A stretch of 64,000 bases of DNA, taken from assembly GCF_006345805.1 (NCBI RefSeq), contig NC_043000.1, forward strand, positions 86,056,001-86,120,000, in the 5' to 3' direction. Origin of the DNA: Octopus sinensis (taxonomy: Eukaryota). The translations under genes and the position numbers were made by a program. Below are positions 26,316-39,698 of the stretch, piece by piece. The first letter of the stretch is position 1; each line of letters begins with the position of its first letter. The notes under the pieces were generated by a model. That model ran no database searches, was not told where the DNA came from, and worked only from the letters and a program-made list of their open reading frames with translations.

Positions 26316-27920
26316 CAGTTGCAGCCAAAATGTTCAGAACGGCATTGTTTTCGTCAGAAAAGTAGATATAATTTTTTATCTAAGTTGTTTTATATTCTAT
26401 AATTTTCACAGACAATAAATACAATATTAATTGTTATTGTCTGAGAGTTTGGTGTAATTTGAGAGGATAATACAAAAGTTATGGATAATTTAGTGATTTA
26501 CTGCAAAACCCATGGTGGCCAAAATGATCAGAACAGTTGAAAAAATAACAAAATAATAAAAAATGACAGAGAATACTGGAATTATTTAATATTTAGCGTG
26601 AAGCCCTTTAGCTTCAATCACACTCTGACATCTTCAACTGCATGAGGAAATTAAATTTTCAATTTCTTGCTGAAGGGCATTCCATAATTGCTCAGTTGTT
26701 TTAGGATTTCTGGCTTTCGAATGTTCTCCTAGAATATTCCACACATTTTCAATAGGATTGAGATCTGGTCTTTGAGTTGGCCAATCCATAACAATAACCT
26801 TTTCAGCCTTGAGGAAGTTCATGACCACCTTAGCCTTGTGACATGGGGCATTGTCCTGCATGAATATGGGTGGTCGCTTAGTTGAATTTCTCAGCACAGG
26901 CAAGACATGATCTTTTACAAGTTGTTTATAAACTCCTGCATTTAACTTTCCATGTAATAGCACCAAAGGGCCCACACCATCTCCAGATATCATTCCCCAA
27001 ACCATGACACTTCCTCCACCGAATTTAACACTAGTCTTAAGGCATTTAGGCAACAATTTTTCACCTACTTTTCTACGAACGTACCTTTTCCCATCTGAGC
27101 CAAATAGCATAAACTTAGATTCATCACTGAAATGCACCGTTTGCCATTTTTCTTGAGACCACAACACATGTTCGGTTGCAAAGGTAAGACGACACTTTTT
27201 ATTCTTGGAGCTGATCAGGTGCTTCACTGCAGGTGCTCTTGCTTGTAGGTCATGTTCAACTAAACGATGAGACACAGTTTTTCGAGATAAAGTTTTCTTC
27301 AATACAATGCTCATTTTCTGAGAAACAGCAGCAGCAGTTTTAAATCTGTCCTTTTTAACCAACTTTACCATAGCACGATCTTCTCTCTTGGTCGTTTTTC
27401 TTGGCCTACCTGTAAACTTTCTTGCTTCACACGAACCACAATCATCGTAGACCTTAAGAATACCGTGTACAACACTTTTTGACTTGTTAACAATCTTTGC
27501 AATAGATCCAATACTTAAATTATCCTTCCTTCGAAGCTTAATAATCTGCTGACGAATTAGTAATGGAGTAAGTGGTATTATATTAACAAAGTACACTGCA
27601 AATATTCTTACTAATGTTTAGTAAACGAACCATCACATAAACAAATTCAAAACATTAGAGTTCACCGGTTAAATATACTAAAACACGGAGTAAAAGCAAC
27701 CGTTCTGATCATTTTGGCCACCATGTGTTTTGCAGTAAATCACTAAATCATCCATAACTTTTGTATTATCCTCTCAAATTACACCAAAATCTCAGGCAAT
27801 AACAAATAATATCGTATTTATTGTCTGTGAAAATTATAGAATATAAAACAACTTTGATAAAAAATTATATCTACTTTTCTGACGTAAACAATGCCGTTCT
27901 GAACATTTTGGCCGCAACTG
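26316..27920 (-). mobile_element. Tc1-family DNA transposon with long IR/DR terminal repeats
   Basis: ~225 bp TIRs starting cagttgc(a/g)gccaaaatgttcagaac; TA target duplication; inner direct repeat gccaaaatgatcagaac. Confidence 0.95.
26634..27596 (-). CDS. Tc1 DD34E transposase, 320 aa, slightly damaged at the C-terminus
   Basis: GRPRKTT, FSDESKF, GGGSVMVWG and FMQDNAPCH-(34)-PDLNPIENVW motifs. A premature TGA precedes RCQSVIEAKGLHAKY. Confidence 0.9.
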   Translation of the reverse strand: MYFVNIIPLTPLLIRQQIIKLRRKDNLSIGSIAKIVNKSKSVVHGILKVYDDCGSCEARKFTGRPRKTTKREDRAMVKLVKKDRFKTAAAVSQKMSIVLKKTLSRKTVSHRLVEHDLQARAPAVKHLISSKNKKCRLTFATEHVLWSQEKWQTVHFSDESKFMLFGSDGKRYVRRKVGEKLLPKCLKTSVKFGGGSVMVWGMISGDGVGPLVLLHGKLNAGVYKQLVKDHVLPVLRNSTKRPPIFMQDNAPCHKAKVVMNFLKAEKVIVMDWPTQRPDLNPIENVWNILGEHSKARNPKTTEQLWNALQQEIENLISSCS

Positions 27921-27957
27921 TATATGTACATACATGTGTGTATGTCTGTGTGTGTAT

Positions 27958-28320
27958 GATGATAATCATCATCAGTTAATGCCCATTTTTCATTCTGGCA
28001 TGGGTTGAATGGTTTGACTGAGATCTGGAGAGCCAGTGGCTGCGCCAAGCTCCAATCTGATCTGGCAATGTTTCTACAACTGGATGCCCTTCCTAATGCC
28101 AACCACTCTGAGAGTGTAGTGGGCGCTTTTTACATGCCACCAGCACAGGAGCCATACAGGCAGGCCTGGCATTGATCATGTTCAGATAGTGCTTTTTATG
28201 TGCCACCGGCATGGGAGCCAGTCAAGGGGTAATGGCATCAGCCATGTTTGGATAGTGCTTTTTATGTGCCACTGGCACAGGTGCCATTTAGGCGGTTCTG
28301 GCATCAATCACATTCGGATA
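27958..28320 (-). mobile_element. RTE-tail repeat with tandem subunits
   Basis: Reverse complement of the 1-432 family: tggatgcccttcctaatgcc and gtgctttttatgtgccac units. Confidence 0.75.
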
Positions 28321-30539
28321 CATACACCCATAGATATAGATGTTGTATGGCTGAGTTTGCTTTTATCGAGGGCTGGCATCTTAGAGAAGTGTCATTTATG
28401 ATAGTCTTAAGTTGACCTATACTTTGTGAGTGAAACTGGATAGACAGGAACTGTATAGGAGCCTACTGGGTGGATTGTAGTAGCAATTCAAAGGTCTATC
28501 CTTGTCAGACAGTGTTATGCTAATTCCATATGAAAATTACATTAAAAGTACATTTGTTTCAGGAATACTCAACCACTTATAAGCTAATTCAATGAAGTTG
28601 GTAGTTTAGTTGATTAAACAACTAAAAACTCATGGCTGGAAATTCCGATCGAGATCAATTTTATATGCACACTATGTTCATTTTTAATTCCTTCTTCACA
28701 CATTTCTGTAAGTACATGCACAAGGTTAAATAACAAGAGAGAGAGAAATAGAAATAGAAAGAGAGAAAAAGGAGAGAGAGAGAAAGAGAGAGAGAGAGTG
28801 AGAGAGAGAAGAGCAACAGAGAATGAGAGAGAGAAGAATGAGTGTTCAGCATAGCAAGCTATTTTATATAATTTGCTATCTTGTCTGTTCAATCATATTG
28901 GTGATATGGCATACATCATTGTTTTTTTAGTGTTATTTTAGTTTTCGTTTGGTTATATTTTAGATATGTTTATCTTAATGAAACTGAAATATTAGTGGAA
29001 AATAGCAACAAAAAAGAAAAAAAAATCTGCGATCATTAATAAAAGTTAATACATCTTTTTTTATTTTGTTCTTCCATACCAAACTTTATTCTGTAGTTGT
29101 AACAATTGTAATGTCAACACTAACAAATTCAGTTTGATACTGCACCAAGAAAATTACTATTTAAAGGCGCTACCAACATAATACCGGAGATGTTGCTATA
29201 GTATTGTTTAATGAAGTCTTGATAGCCAATGCAAACACACCAAATTATCAATAATGGGAATGCAAAAAAGTAAGGAAAAAGAAAAAAAAGAATAATAAAA
29301 TAATCTTTGGATAAATTATGAAAAGAAGGGATTAAATATATACAGCATCAGCTGATCTGACAGGGAAGTAAGTACCAAACATATTACCATCAAGTGGTTA
29401 AGGCTAAGGAGGGTATTTAGCTATAAAATGTTTGCTTCAAGTAGCTGTCTGGCAAATGTCTAAATATGTAGAGCCAGTCTTACCATAAAATACTAAAATG
29501 GGTATTGGATAAGTATTTAAAAGACATTACTCAACATATCTCAGTTTAAAATAACTGCTTCGTTTCATGATAAAATTAAATAAGACTACTAGAAGAGAGA
29601 GAGAGAGGGGGGGGAGATATGTAGCTTGTAAAAGAATAGGAAATAGCATGCAACATGAAAATAAAATGTGTGAAAAAGGAAAAGACTTTTAAATGAATAT
29701 TTCTGTGGATAGATTATCAAAAACACGATAATGAAATACTGAGTATGCATTTTAGACTTGTATGGTTTGTACAAAGAACATAGCCAAAAATGTGCCACAA
29801 AGAGGATGTAATAAAAATATTGCTGAAACATCAATCCTCTGTGGCCTCTACATAAAACAGTGAAATGAGTTACATAGGATTATGATAAATTTTGGTTATA
29901 AATACTTTAAAGATTTTCTTTCAGATTCACTAAGATACTGAATTCAAAGAATATCTATAAGGAGCATGCAGCTGCAGCTGGTTCAATCATCAGAGGATCA
30001 CCTGACTAGTTCATAAGTATGTTCAATCAACAGTCTGCTACAGTCAACAACCTACACTCATGCTCCTACTAGACCCATTTCAAGCATTTAGAACCCTTCT
30101 GATAATTCTTGCTGTCTCTAAGAGACAAACTTTCTGTAGGAGTTCTACAGGGCATTCTGTTCCAATCGCCTTCAACCATTTGTCTATATAGGCAGCCTTT
30201 ACAGTTTTCATACTCTAAATTCTTCCTATCTCTAATTTTAAGGGATTGTATATTTTTTTGTTCTTCATCCTCTTTCTTTACAATCCTAGAATCAAAAGGG
30301 CATGATGGATCGATTAGTAAGCAATTTCACTTTTCCTTATCTATAACTGTTATGTCCAGTCTATTATTTTCTAACTTCTTGTCTGTTTGAATAGAAAAAT
30401 CCCAACTTGGGGCATTCTGTCACAATGTGTGCCACTGTCTCATTTCAAGTTTCATAGGCTCTACATTTTTCTGACATATTCTCTCCATTATATATTTTTT
30501 CTCAAGTTGTTGTTGTTATTCCTTCATATCACAGTGTAG

Positions 30540-31339
30540 GTAAAAATGCACCGGAGTCTTTAGTCATCTGTCAAGTCACAACAAGGACCTCAGACAGATA
30601 ATACTTTCCTTAAGATGTGCGCTATGCCTAATAAGGCTGCTTTTTGCAAGACATCAATCTTGCATAGGATTTCCAGTTACCTTAAGAAGTCTTGAAGTTT
30701 CAATAGGACTGAGTCCAATGCTCCAGTCACTACTAGTATCAATTTTACATTACCCTCTCACATTCCATACAGTCTTGCCATTTCCACTTTCAATTCAGAG
30801 TACTTGGTGATTTTTCAACCTCTTTACTCACAACATTCATGTCATTTGGTATGGCTCCATCAATGATCTGACAGTGCTTGTCTCTTTTATTCAATATGAC
30901 AATATCTGGCCAGCGATGGTTGATTACACAATCCGTCCGAAAACCATAGTCCCAGAGTATCATTACTTTTCCATCCTCCAGCATAACTTTACTTGGTACA
31001 TGCTCATACCAGTTCTCTGTTACTTCATATTGGTATTTACAGCATAAAAGCCAATGAAGATACACACACACTTTGTTGTGGTGGTGCTTGTATTCTTTTT
31101 GTACAAGGCTCTCACATCCATTTACCAGTGGGTCACATTTTCCACTCTTTCCACAGAGTCTGCATTTCTGGGTGTCAGAAATTTTATAGATGTTATACTT
31201 CACTGAATGGGTAGCAAGAGCCTGGTCTTGTGCAGCAATGATCAGGCTTTTGATGGTATGCTTCAAATCACCTTGCTTAAGCCATGTCCATGATGCTGTA
31301 TTATCCTTAATGTCCTGTGTGTTCCTTTCAAACTGTCCA

Positions 31340-31340
<1 letters not shown>
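30540..31340 (-). pseudogene. Dong/R4-type LINE 3' fragment (zinc knuckle + restriction-like endonuclease) next to (TAA)n
   Basis: WLKQGDLK..IIAAQDQAL, CRLC, HNKV..YLHWLLC, WYEHVP, ILWD, RWPDIV, QIIDGAIP. Confidence 0.85.
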
Positions 31341-31389
<49 letters not shown>

Positions 31390-31559
31390 CATTATTACTA
31401 TTTTTTTTTTCAAAATGGATGGACATGTCTCCAGAAGCTGTAAGTTTTTGGCCAATTTTTATTGGAAATATTGTTAAACAACTTGATATTTTTGAATATT
31501 TGTGTAGCCAAGCTGACTGGGCTCTTGCTGAGCTAATTGGTTAGGTGGAATTTTCCCCT

Positions 31560-34500
31560 TTTAGGGGCAAATTTTTCATTTTAAAATTGAAAATTTTGTT
31601 TTGAAACTTGTTTAATTTTGCCGAAATGTCTTTGAAAAGAACAATAAGCTGTTCCCTTCTTTGTCCACCATACACACTGCAAACGGACGACAAAACAAGT
31701 CGAATGTCAAATATGAATATGCTCCGCCCGATCTGTGCCTTAAAAGGCAAAGAAGAAAAAGTAAAACAGCATTCCACCTCATGCAGTGCTACTGAAGACA
31801 ATGAAGGCTGTTCTTTGGACCACCTTTAAAATGTTCATTTCTCTACTCTCACCACCACTATTGCTCCTACTCCAGAAGAGGAGGAAGAGCGGAATAACAA
31901 CATGGCTACCAAACAAAACAACACCAGCAACACCACCAAGACCAACAACAAAATCCACTGTAATGGTTTCGCATCCACAGCAAAGCAAAGCTCAGAGGAA
32001 ATCAATGTTACAATGAATGAAATAAAGAATGCAAAGAAGTTGTTAAGGAAGGATGGAAACAATGTCTTCCTTAACACTCTACAACAACTAATACGGCAAA
32101 CCAACAAAAGGATGATAATCTATAAAATTTTCAATGTAAAACAAAAAAATAGAAGGGGCAACACCACAGCTGTTGGAGATAGTGCTCAAGCCCATATGGG
32201 TTAAAAAATCATACGTAACAAAGGGGAAGTGATTTGGAACTGTAGAAGTTTGCTTCCTAACAGAAGAGGAAGCAAAACAGCATTCAACAACAACCCTCAA
32301 AACTGAGGATTTGCTGCATGCTGACATATCTTGGTTGGCGCATCATGAAGATAAAAATTGAACAAATGCTGCCCGAACTAAATATATGCTGGCTAGTGGC
32401 AGCTGTCCTCTTCAACATAGAAGACACTGCCACTATTTTGGAAGTACATAAATTGCACAGCCAAAACTGGTCGGGTATGGGTATGCAGCTTCTCGTTCAA
32501 ATTGAACAAGAAAGTATAAATGCCATACTTGACTCTATAAATTTGCTGAATGGCACAAGGCTGCACATTGCTGTAGAGTGGCGAAGACCAAAGTGCTACC
32601 TCTGCAGCAACGAAAAACATTTAAAAGTGGATTGACCCATATATAAGGAAAGAATGAAGGTGGAGAGAAGAAAGAAGTCGCCAGAGACATCTCCAGTGCA
32701 GCAGCAACAACAACAACAACAACAACATAAGATGCAGTGGAAGTAGAGACTGAAAGCTACTGCACCACCAACAAAAGTGACACCACCTCCAACCATCACC
32801 AGACCAACACTAACAACGATGACACTAGACAGTATAAATATGCCATCACCACCACCAACAACAACAATAGATGAAACTGCATTACTGTAACGGACCCCAA
32901 AGACATCCCCTTTCCTGACCAAATCAGCTCGGACAGTGCGAGCACTGATAGTGAGAAAGAGGAGTGGCACACAGTGCCACCGAAAAACAAAAGAAAGAAA
33001 AAGTCTAAAGAGACAACTAACAAAGTGGGGAGGCGCAAGAAAGTAGGGCTTCCCAACAACACCTTCTCCAGCACTACCACTGCAAACACCAACACAAATT
33101 ACAACACACACAGACACCACCACCACCAATACAAACATCACAGCAATAAACAGTAATAATGTAAACCTTGTAACATACTTGAAAGAAAACGCTGACACCA
33201 CAATGACAGATTTTGTCATACCCACACACAATACACCACCAGCACACATACTCAGTTTTAAAATAATTCGTGAGAACCACGAGATAATAAAGAACAAATT
33301 TCCAAATGATATTGGGTTGCTCAGGAGAAGTTTCTTGAAAAAACTTTACAAAAATCCGAAAGCGGCAACGCAGTCGAATTATTTCAAGTGTCTTGAGGTT
33401 TTCCTGGGCACGTCTTGCACTTTAGTGCTAGTTGGGGATTGGAACACTGTCTTAGACGAATGTTTTGATTGGGTGGGCATGGGAGCATCTGACAGGAGAG
33501 GGGGGTGCAAAAGCCTCGCCAACCTTCTCAGACACTTTCAGCTGTCTGACAGGTATCGACTAGACAACCTGAATGTGCCAATGTGGACTTGGACTAATTG
33601 CATTGGGTCGTCTAGATTGTACTTAGAAAGAGTCTTCTGTAGGCCAGCAGATAAGGACAGCATAGGATGTCCACAATTCCACATAGTTGGCTACTCAGAC
33701 CACAAATTCATTACCTGTATGGTCGACTTAGATAGGCTCCATAGACAGGGTCCCAGTTACTGGAAGTTAAATGACATTGTTAACGGTGTGCAAAGCTTAT
33801 AGAGACCGGATGAGTTTATTAGTTAAGCGGGCATTGGTGGGGGCAATTGTTAATAACAACTGGAGGTTTACTCTCAAGAGGGCAATTAGAGCAGAATCGA
33901 TTAGGTTTAATAAGGCTCTAGCTGTAGAATGAAAGAAAACAGAGCGGAATTTAGTTAAAAAACTAGATGAGACTCTTAGGACAGGCATTGCAACTGGCGT
34001 GTTGGCAGCCAGGTTGGCTCTCAAACAACACTTTGATGCCAAACATGAAGGCTGTGTTGTCAGAGTTAAGGCATGTTCAGTAAGTGGGGAGGGGACTAAG
34101 GCTGCTCGATGGGCCTGTGTGGTGGAGGTAAAGCGTGGCAACAGGTCGACCATTTCGTCTTTGGTGGACCAGAACGGGCGCAAGATTTCCGAACCGAAGC
34201 AGATGTGTGCAGCCTTTCAGCAGCACTTTGCTCAACTGTTCAGGATGAGTGGTGGGACGGACAACAGTACAAACTTTGGTGTGTACCTGGATGGCCTGCT
34301 GCAACTCTTGGTGAACAAGGCAGAGTACTGTGAAAGACCGATATCTGCCTGGGAAGTAGAGTAAGCGATGAAAAGCTGCATGAAGGGTAGATCACTGGGT
34401 TTGGATGGTCTACCCTATGAGCTTTACACTTCAATGCCAGACTTGTTTGCGGGCCTCTTAGCAGACGTCTACTGCAACTGGCAACAAAACAGGAGAATCC

Positions 34501-34667
34501 CTGCTTTTGTTTGTCGATGGGTGGTGACACTGTTGAGAAAGGACCCAAACAAGGGGGATGTGATAGAGAATCTCAGGCCCATCACTCTGCTCAATGCAGA
34601 GTTGAAGATTTTGGCCAAGGTGCTAGTCAAGATATTAGCGCTTGTTGTGGACAAGCTGATTGGCAAG
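31560..34667 (+). pseudogene. L1/Tx1-like LINE: ORF1 zinc knuckle, APE endonuclease, 5' part of RT (3'-truncated)
   Basis: CYLCSNEKHLKVD knuckle; LVGDWNTVLD, WTW, YSDHK, GPSYWKLN; SLGLDGLPYELY; LRKDPNKGD..NLRPITLLNAELKILAKVL. Confidence 0.85.
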
Positions 34668-34782
34668 GTTGATTGACCAAAACTTGATCTTGTGCTGCCA
34701 CTATAGTGTTCTCAGTCTCTTTCTTCAGTGTTCCTTTCTTCAACCAGTCCCACTTGTGTTTTCCAGCAACTTCAGTTGTGGT
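34668..34782 (-). pseudogene. Short Dong/R4 fragment
   Basis: KWDWLKKGTLKKETENTIVAAQDQ, adjacent to (TAA)n. Confidence 0.7.
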
Positions 34783-34795
34783 TGTTATTATTATT

Positions 34796-35251
34796 GAGTG
34801 AGGGAGCAGCACATGCCATCAAAGTGACACTGGGGTACAAATATATGAAGCTCAATATATCCGTCATGACTACCTGTCTGATAAGGGTAGACCATCACTA
34901 CCATATGTGTGCGACATGGTGATCTCATATCAAGATAAACAGTGCATGAGCATGCAGGTGGGGACCAGTTAGAATTTTCTTCAAATCAAGTAGCCCATTC
35001 CATTCAAAAGATTCCTGAATAAGGTTTGTTTAAGGAATGAAACACCAATGTTTCCAGAGGTGAATTATTTAAACTCCAAAGAATTCAGCACATGGCTATG
35101 ATGCTTCCCCACTACTTCTGCTCATATTGTATTGAGTAGAATATTTGCTGTAGCCTATCTTTTATACCAATACAAAATATGTACATGATAACACTTCCAA
35201 TCAGTTAAGATCAAAAGCCACGAGAGCCACTGCTTGGTACTGCATCAGGGC

Positions 35252-35254
<3 letters not shown>
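34796..35254 (-). mobile_element. Non-coding ~460-560 bp repeat embedded in (TTA)n (inverted homolog of 39031-39591)
   Basis: gccatcaaagtgacactgggg...tcatatcaagataaacag...ttccaatcagttaagatc...ggtactgcatcagggcatt. Confidence 0.75.
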
Positions 35255-35293
<39 letters not shown>

Positions 35294-35392
35294 TGTTATT
35301 ATTCAACATCTGATAGTTCCAGGCATATTTCTACTGCATCATCTGCTACACCTCTGTGTTGCTGAGGTGTGCGTAGCATTGTGTTGTTGTTA

Positions 35393-35427
<35 letters not shown>

Positions 35428-35467
35428 ATTATTATTATTATTACTATTACTATTATTATTATTATAT

Positions 35468-35740
35468 TAGCACACTGGACAAAATGCTTAGAGGCATCAC
35501 TTCCAGAGGTATTTACATTTTAAGTTCAAACCCTGCAGAGATCAACTTTGCTCTCCATTGTCTTGGGGGTTGATAAAATAAGGAGTTCAAATTCTGCCAA
35601 GGTTAATTTTGTCTTTCATCCTCTCAGGATTAATAAAATAAAGTACCAGTCAAGTATAGGGGTTGATGCAATTGGCTACCCCCTACCCACCCATCCACCC
35701 AACCACTAAAATTGCTGACCTTGTGTCAAAATTTGAAATC
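35468..35740 (+). mobile_element. SINE family B with internal partial duplication
   Basis: gttcaaa...ctttg..t.tcca/atcc...ataaaataag is present twice. Confidence 0.6.
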
Positions 35741-35788
35741 ACCACCACTACCACCACCATCACCATCACTGCTGCCGCTGCCACCACC

Positions 35789-35820
<32 letters not shown>

Positions 35821-36739
35821 TTTTATCTATTAAGAATATTGATAATCATTGAAGAATAAAGCTATATCTATTGGGGTAATAACAAATAGGTTTGTGTTGT
35901 TATGCATTTAAATTGTTGGTCAAATGGATCTAGATAAAGTTATTGATTTTTTATAGCTAACAACTTACTGCTGGTTCTTTATTGGGTATTTTACATTCTA
36001 CCGGTGGTTGGCTTTTGGCAGTATATATTTGAAGCACTAATAAAATCAATGCTATAAATACTACTGACTGTTTTCAAACACACCAAATTGATATTTTTAA
36101 AGGATGCTCTTAAACCAGCTAAGTGCCATGAACTAATAACTAGCTTAGAACTATGTTTAATATTTTATCAACGTAATGGCATACAACATAATGTATCAAT
36201 AGATCACATTAACGTACAGTAAGAATGCATTGTAAGCACACATTATATCAACACAGCACTCATATCAACATACAACACAACACATATGTTATAATAGACA
36301 TCAATAATCCAGGCACATGTACTACAATAACACATTACTCTATATCAACAGAGCATATATCCACACAACATCCTAGCTTACAATATCCCCACTGCAGAAC
36401 AATATACCTGGGTACAAGTGTATTAGGAAATGTCTATGTAGCTGATTACTTCTGCTCTATTTATCTGCTAAGCTTGTCTCAGAAACCTCTTTATTATTTT
36501 CAGAATGAAAGCCACAAGTTTTAACTCTTAAAACATTAGATTAACTCTTAAATATTAAAGCAGCTAATCTCAAAATAAAAGATGAGATGATTTTACTTGG
36601 AACAATGATAAAGGCCAGTAAAAACTGTCATTTCAGATAAGCTCAACATGGTCTCTTTATCTATGAGAAATAGCAACTAAATTTCGTTAAAATAACTGTC
36701 TGCTTCTTTTAAAAGTGTAGGATTACAACAACAGTAATT

Positions 36740-38560
36740 CAAGGTTAATGCTGAGTTTCCTTGCCAATTTGCAAGCTTCCTTGACAATAGAATGTGATTT
36801 TTTTGTTACTTTCATGTTTGCATACAAGCTGCAGCATCCAGTCCTCTGTACTAGGTAAGTATTTATTCATTGTTGTTGTGGAGGTCTTATAGCACAGTTC
36901 TACCTGCATCATTCCTCTTCTGCTGTTATGTTTAAGTAAGTACAGATGATCCTCTGCTTTTGGGCATATTCTTAGATGTTAGTAGCTTTCTTGTCTTCTC
37001 ATTCAGGTGTTGGAGCTCTGTAAGATTCCAGTTAATGATGTTAAAACTGTATTGGACTACTGAAAGTGCCAGGGTGTTAATGGCTTTGATGCAATTTTTG
37101 GAGTTGAGGTCAGTTTTTAGTATGAATCTTACTCTCCTGTAATACTCCTTCCTTAGTTTTCCTTCGTAGCAGCATGTTGTATACCATCTCCTTTGTTTAT
37201 CCCCAGGTATTTATAGCTTTCTTGGGGAGCAAGCTCCTTGATGGTAATGTCAGTATCTAATTTAATGAAAGCTGTTTGTTTGAGCATTCCTCTAACAAAA
37301 GTTGCTTTATACACTTATCAAGGCCAAAATCCATTCTGATGTTGTTGCTGAACCCTTTAACAGCTGTTAACAGCTCTACTAGCACTTCATCATTTCTAGA
37401 AAACAGCTTCAGATCTTCCATATAAAAGAGATGGTTTACTATAATATTATACACTTTGAAATCATACCTAGTGTTACACAGTTTGTTTGAGAGTGGGATC
37501 AGTGCCATGCAAAAGAGTAATGGGGAGGAGTCACCTTGAAAGATGTCTCATTTGATGTTGATGTTAGATTGGTTCATCCCATTAATATGGTGTAGGAGAC
37601 ATGTATTCCACTTGGCCATGCTACCTTGTAAGAATTTGGAGATGACAGGAGAGATCTTATATACCTCAAGGGCCTTGAGTAGCCAATTAGGTGGGACACT
37701 ATCAAATGCTTTCATGTAGTCTATCCAGGACTGAAAGCAGAGACAGAAGGTTTCATATTAGCAGCACAAGACCAAAGCTTGCTTACCAAAAATTACTAGG
37801 CTAATGTTCTTCAAAATGGTTCTGACCCTAAATGCAGATTCTGTGATACATTTGACAAGACAATAGACCATCTCATCTCAGAATGTCTTGTACTGACACC
37901 AAGCAAATACAAAAATCGCCACAATGGAGTAGGACAATATTTACATTGGAAAATATGTAAACACTACAAAATCAGAACCCCTGCTTACTGGTATGAACAT
38001 CCTCCTGAGCCAATCATTGAAAGTAATGTCAATATCCTCTGGGATTTTCCAGTCAACACTGACAGAACGATCAAGGTTAATCAACCAGGCATAGTCATTA
38101 AAGACTGGAAAGGGAATACTTGTAGACTAATAGATGTAAGTGATCCCTCTAATAAACATATATCTGTAAAGGAATTTGACAAATCAAGTAAATATAAGGA
38201 CCTGGAAATTGAAATATAAAAAATGTGACATCTTAAAGAGAGAACTGTTCCTGTTATTGTGGGTGCCTTAGGAATGGTAAGAAAAGGATGTCAAAAACAT
38301 CTACATAATATCCCAGGAGAACCATGTCTCAGATAAATCCAAAGATTGTGCTGTCAAGTACTGCCTACATCCTTAGAAAAACCCTATCAATATAAATGTC
38401 TGTGTTGTATTACATGAAGATATTTTGCAACTGCCCCTGTCACTTCCCCTCCTCAACCTTACAGTCATGCTGTAACATCTCTTATTCTTCACTCACCCTA
38501 GGACGATGTGTGTGTCTAGGCAAGTGATTGTAACAAACATGCAGATTAAAAGTAAATAAT
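36740..38560. pseudogene. Dong/R4 LINE with 5' inversion (36740-37727 minus; 37728-38560 plus) and (AAT)n tail
   Basis: Minus: WIDYMKAFDSVP, MALIPLS, HLFYMEDLKLF, FGLDKC. Plus: GLKAETEGFILAAQDQSL, CRFC, ILWDFPVNTDRT, LIDV, VPVIVGALG. Confidence 0.88.
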
Positions 38561-38589
38561 AATAATAAGAATAAGAATAATAATGATGA

Positions 38590-38856
38590 CTAAAACAATC
38601 CCTATAATAATAGGTGGATTAGGTATGATAAAAAAACATTCAGACAAATACATAATCAAATCACCAGGACTTTTGAATGTATATAACATACAGAAAATAG
38701 CACTACTAGGCACTGTGCACATCCTATATAAAGCACTTTAAATACAATGAAAATAAAAGCACCACAACAAACCATAGCACATACCCAAAGCACACAGAGT
38801 AGTGCTCGGTAGTGCAGTGAAAGCATGTGATAAAAATACGACTGCTTAATTATCAA
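38590..38856 (+). mobile_element. Dong/R4 extreme 3' end + UTR in (AAT)n
   Basis: TIPIIIGGLGMIKK...NIQKIALLGTVHIL followed by a UTR and (AAT)n. Confidence 0.7.
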
Positions 38857-38875
38857 TAATAATAATAATAATAAA

Positions 38876-39026
38876 GTGGAGGCACATAGCCAAGTGGTTA
38901 GAGCAGCAGACTCGTGGTCGAGGGATCACAGGTTCAAATCTCAGATCGGGCGATGTGTGTGTTTATGAGCAAAACACCTAAGCTTCACGCAACTCCGGCA
39001 GAAGGTAATGGCAAACTTCTGCTGAC
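38876..39026 (+). mobile_element. tRNA-derived SINE head (OR-like), truncated
   Basis: tagccaagtggttagagc (A box) and ggttcaaatc (B box), then aaaacacctaagcttcac as in the copies at 2348 and 41141. Confidence 0.7.
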
Positions 39027-39030
39027 TAAT

Positions 39031-39591
39031 AATGCCCTGATGCAGTACCAGACAGTGGCTTTCATGGCTTCTGATCTTAACTGATTGGAAGTGTTATCAT
39101 GTACATTGTTTTGTTTTGGTATAAAAGATGGGCTACAGCAAATAGGCTGGTCAATACCACAGATTTGCTTGACAGTTGTTTGACCTTAACCAGTTGACCA
39201 TGTCCTTTAGTGGCTGACGATATGTGCATCTCTGACCACGAGCAGAAGTAGTGGGGGAGCATTATAGCTGTGTCTTGAAAGGAATTCTTGGAGGTTTGGA
39301 TAATTCACCTTTGGAAACATGGGTGGTTTGTTCAACATCCTTAAACAATCCTTATTCAGGGACCTTTTGAGCAGGATGGGCAACTCAACCAGAAGAAAAT
39401 TCTAACTGGGCCCCACCTGCAAGGTCATGCGCTGTTTATCTTGATATGAGATCACCATGTCGCACGCATTTGGTTGTGATACATGTGCCAGGTGTACCCT
39501 TATCAGATGGGTAGTCCTGATGGGTATACTAGGCTTCGTATATTTTACCCCAGTGTCACTTTGATGGCATGCACTGCTCTCTCACTCACTC
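39031..39591 (+). mobile_element. Non-coding repeat ending in (AAT)n
   Basis: Reverse-complement homolog of 34796-35254, with an extra internal segment. Confidence 0.75.
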
Positions 39592-39643
<52 letters not shown>

Positions 39644-39661
39644 GTAATGATAATAATAATA

Positions 39662-39696
<35 letters not shown>

Positions 39697-39698
<2 letters not shown>

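Noticed and set aside
29925-30016. Plus-strand segment with good acceptor and donor
   Set aside because: Stops in all three frames; unsupported without RNA data.
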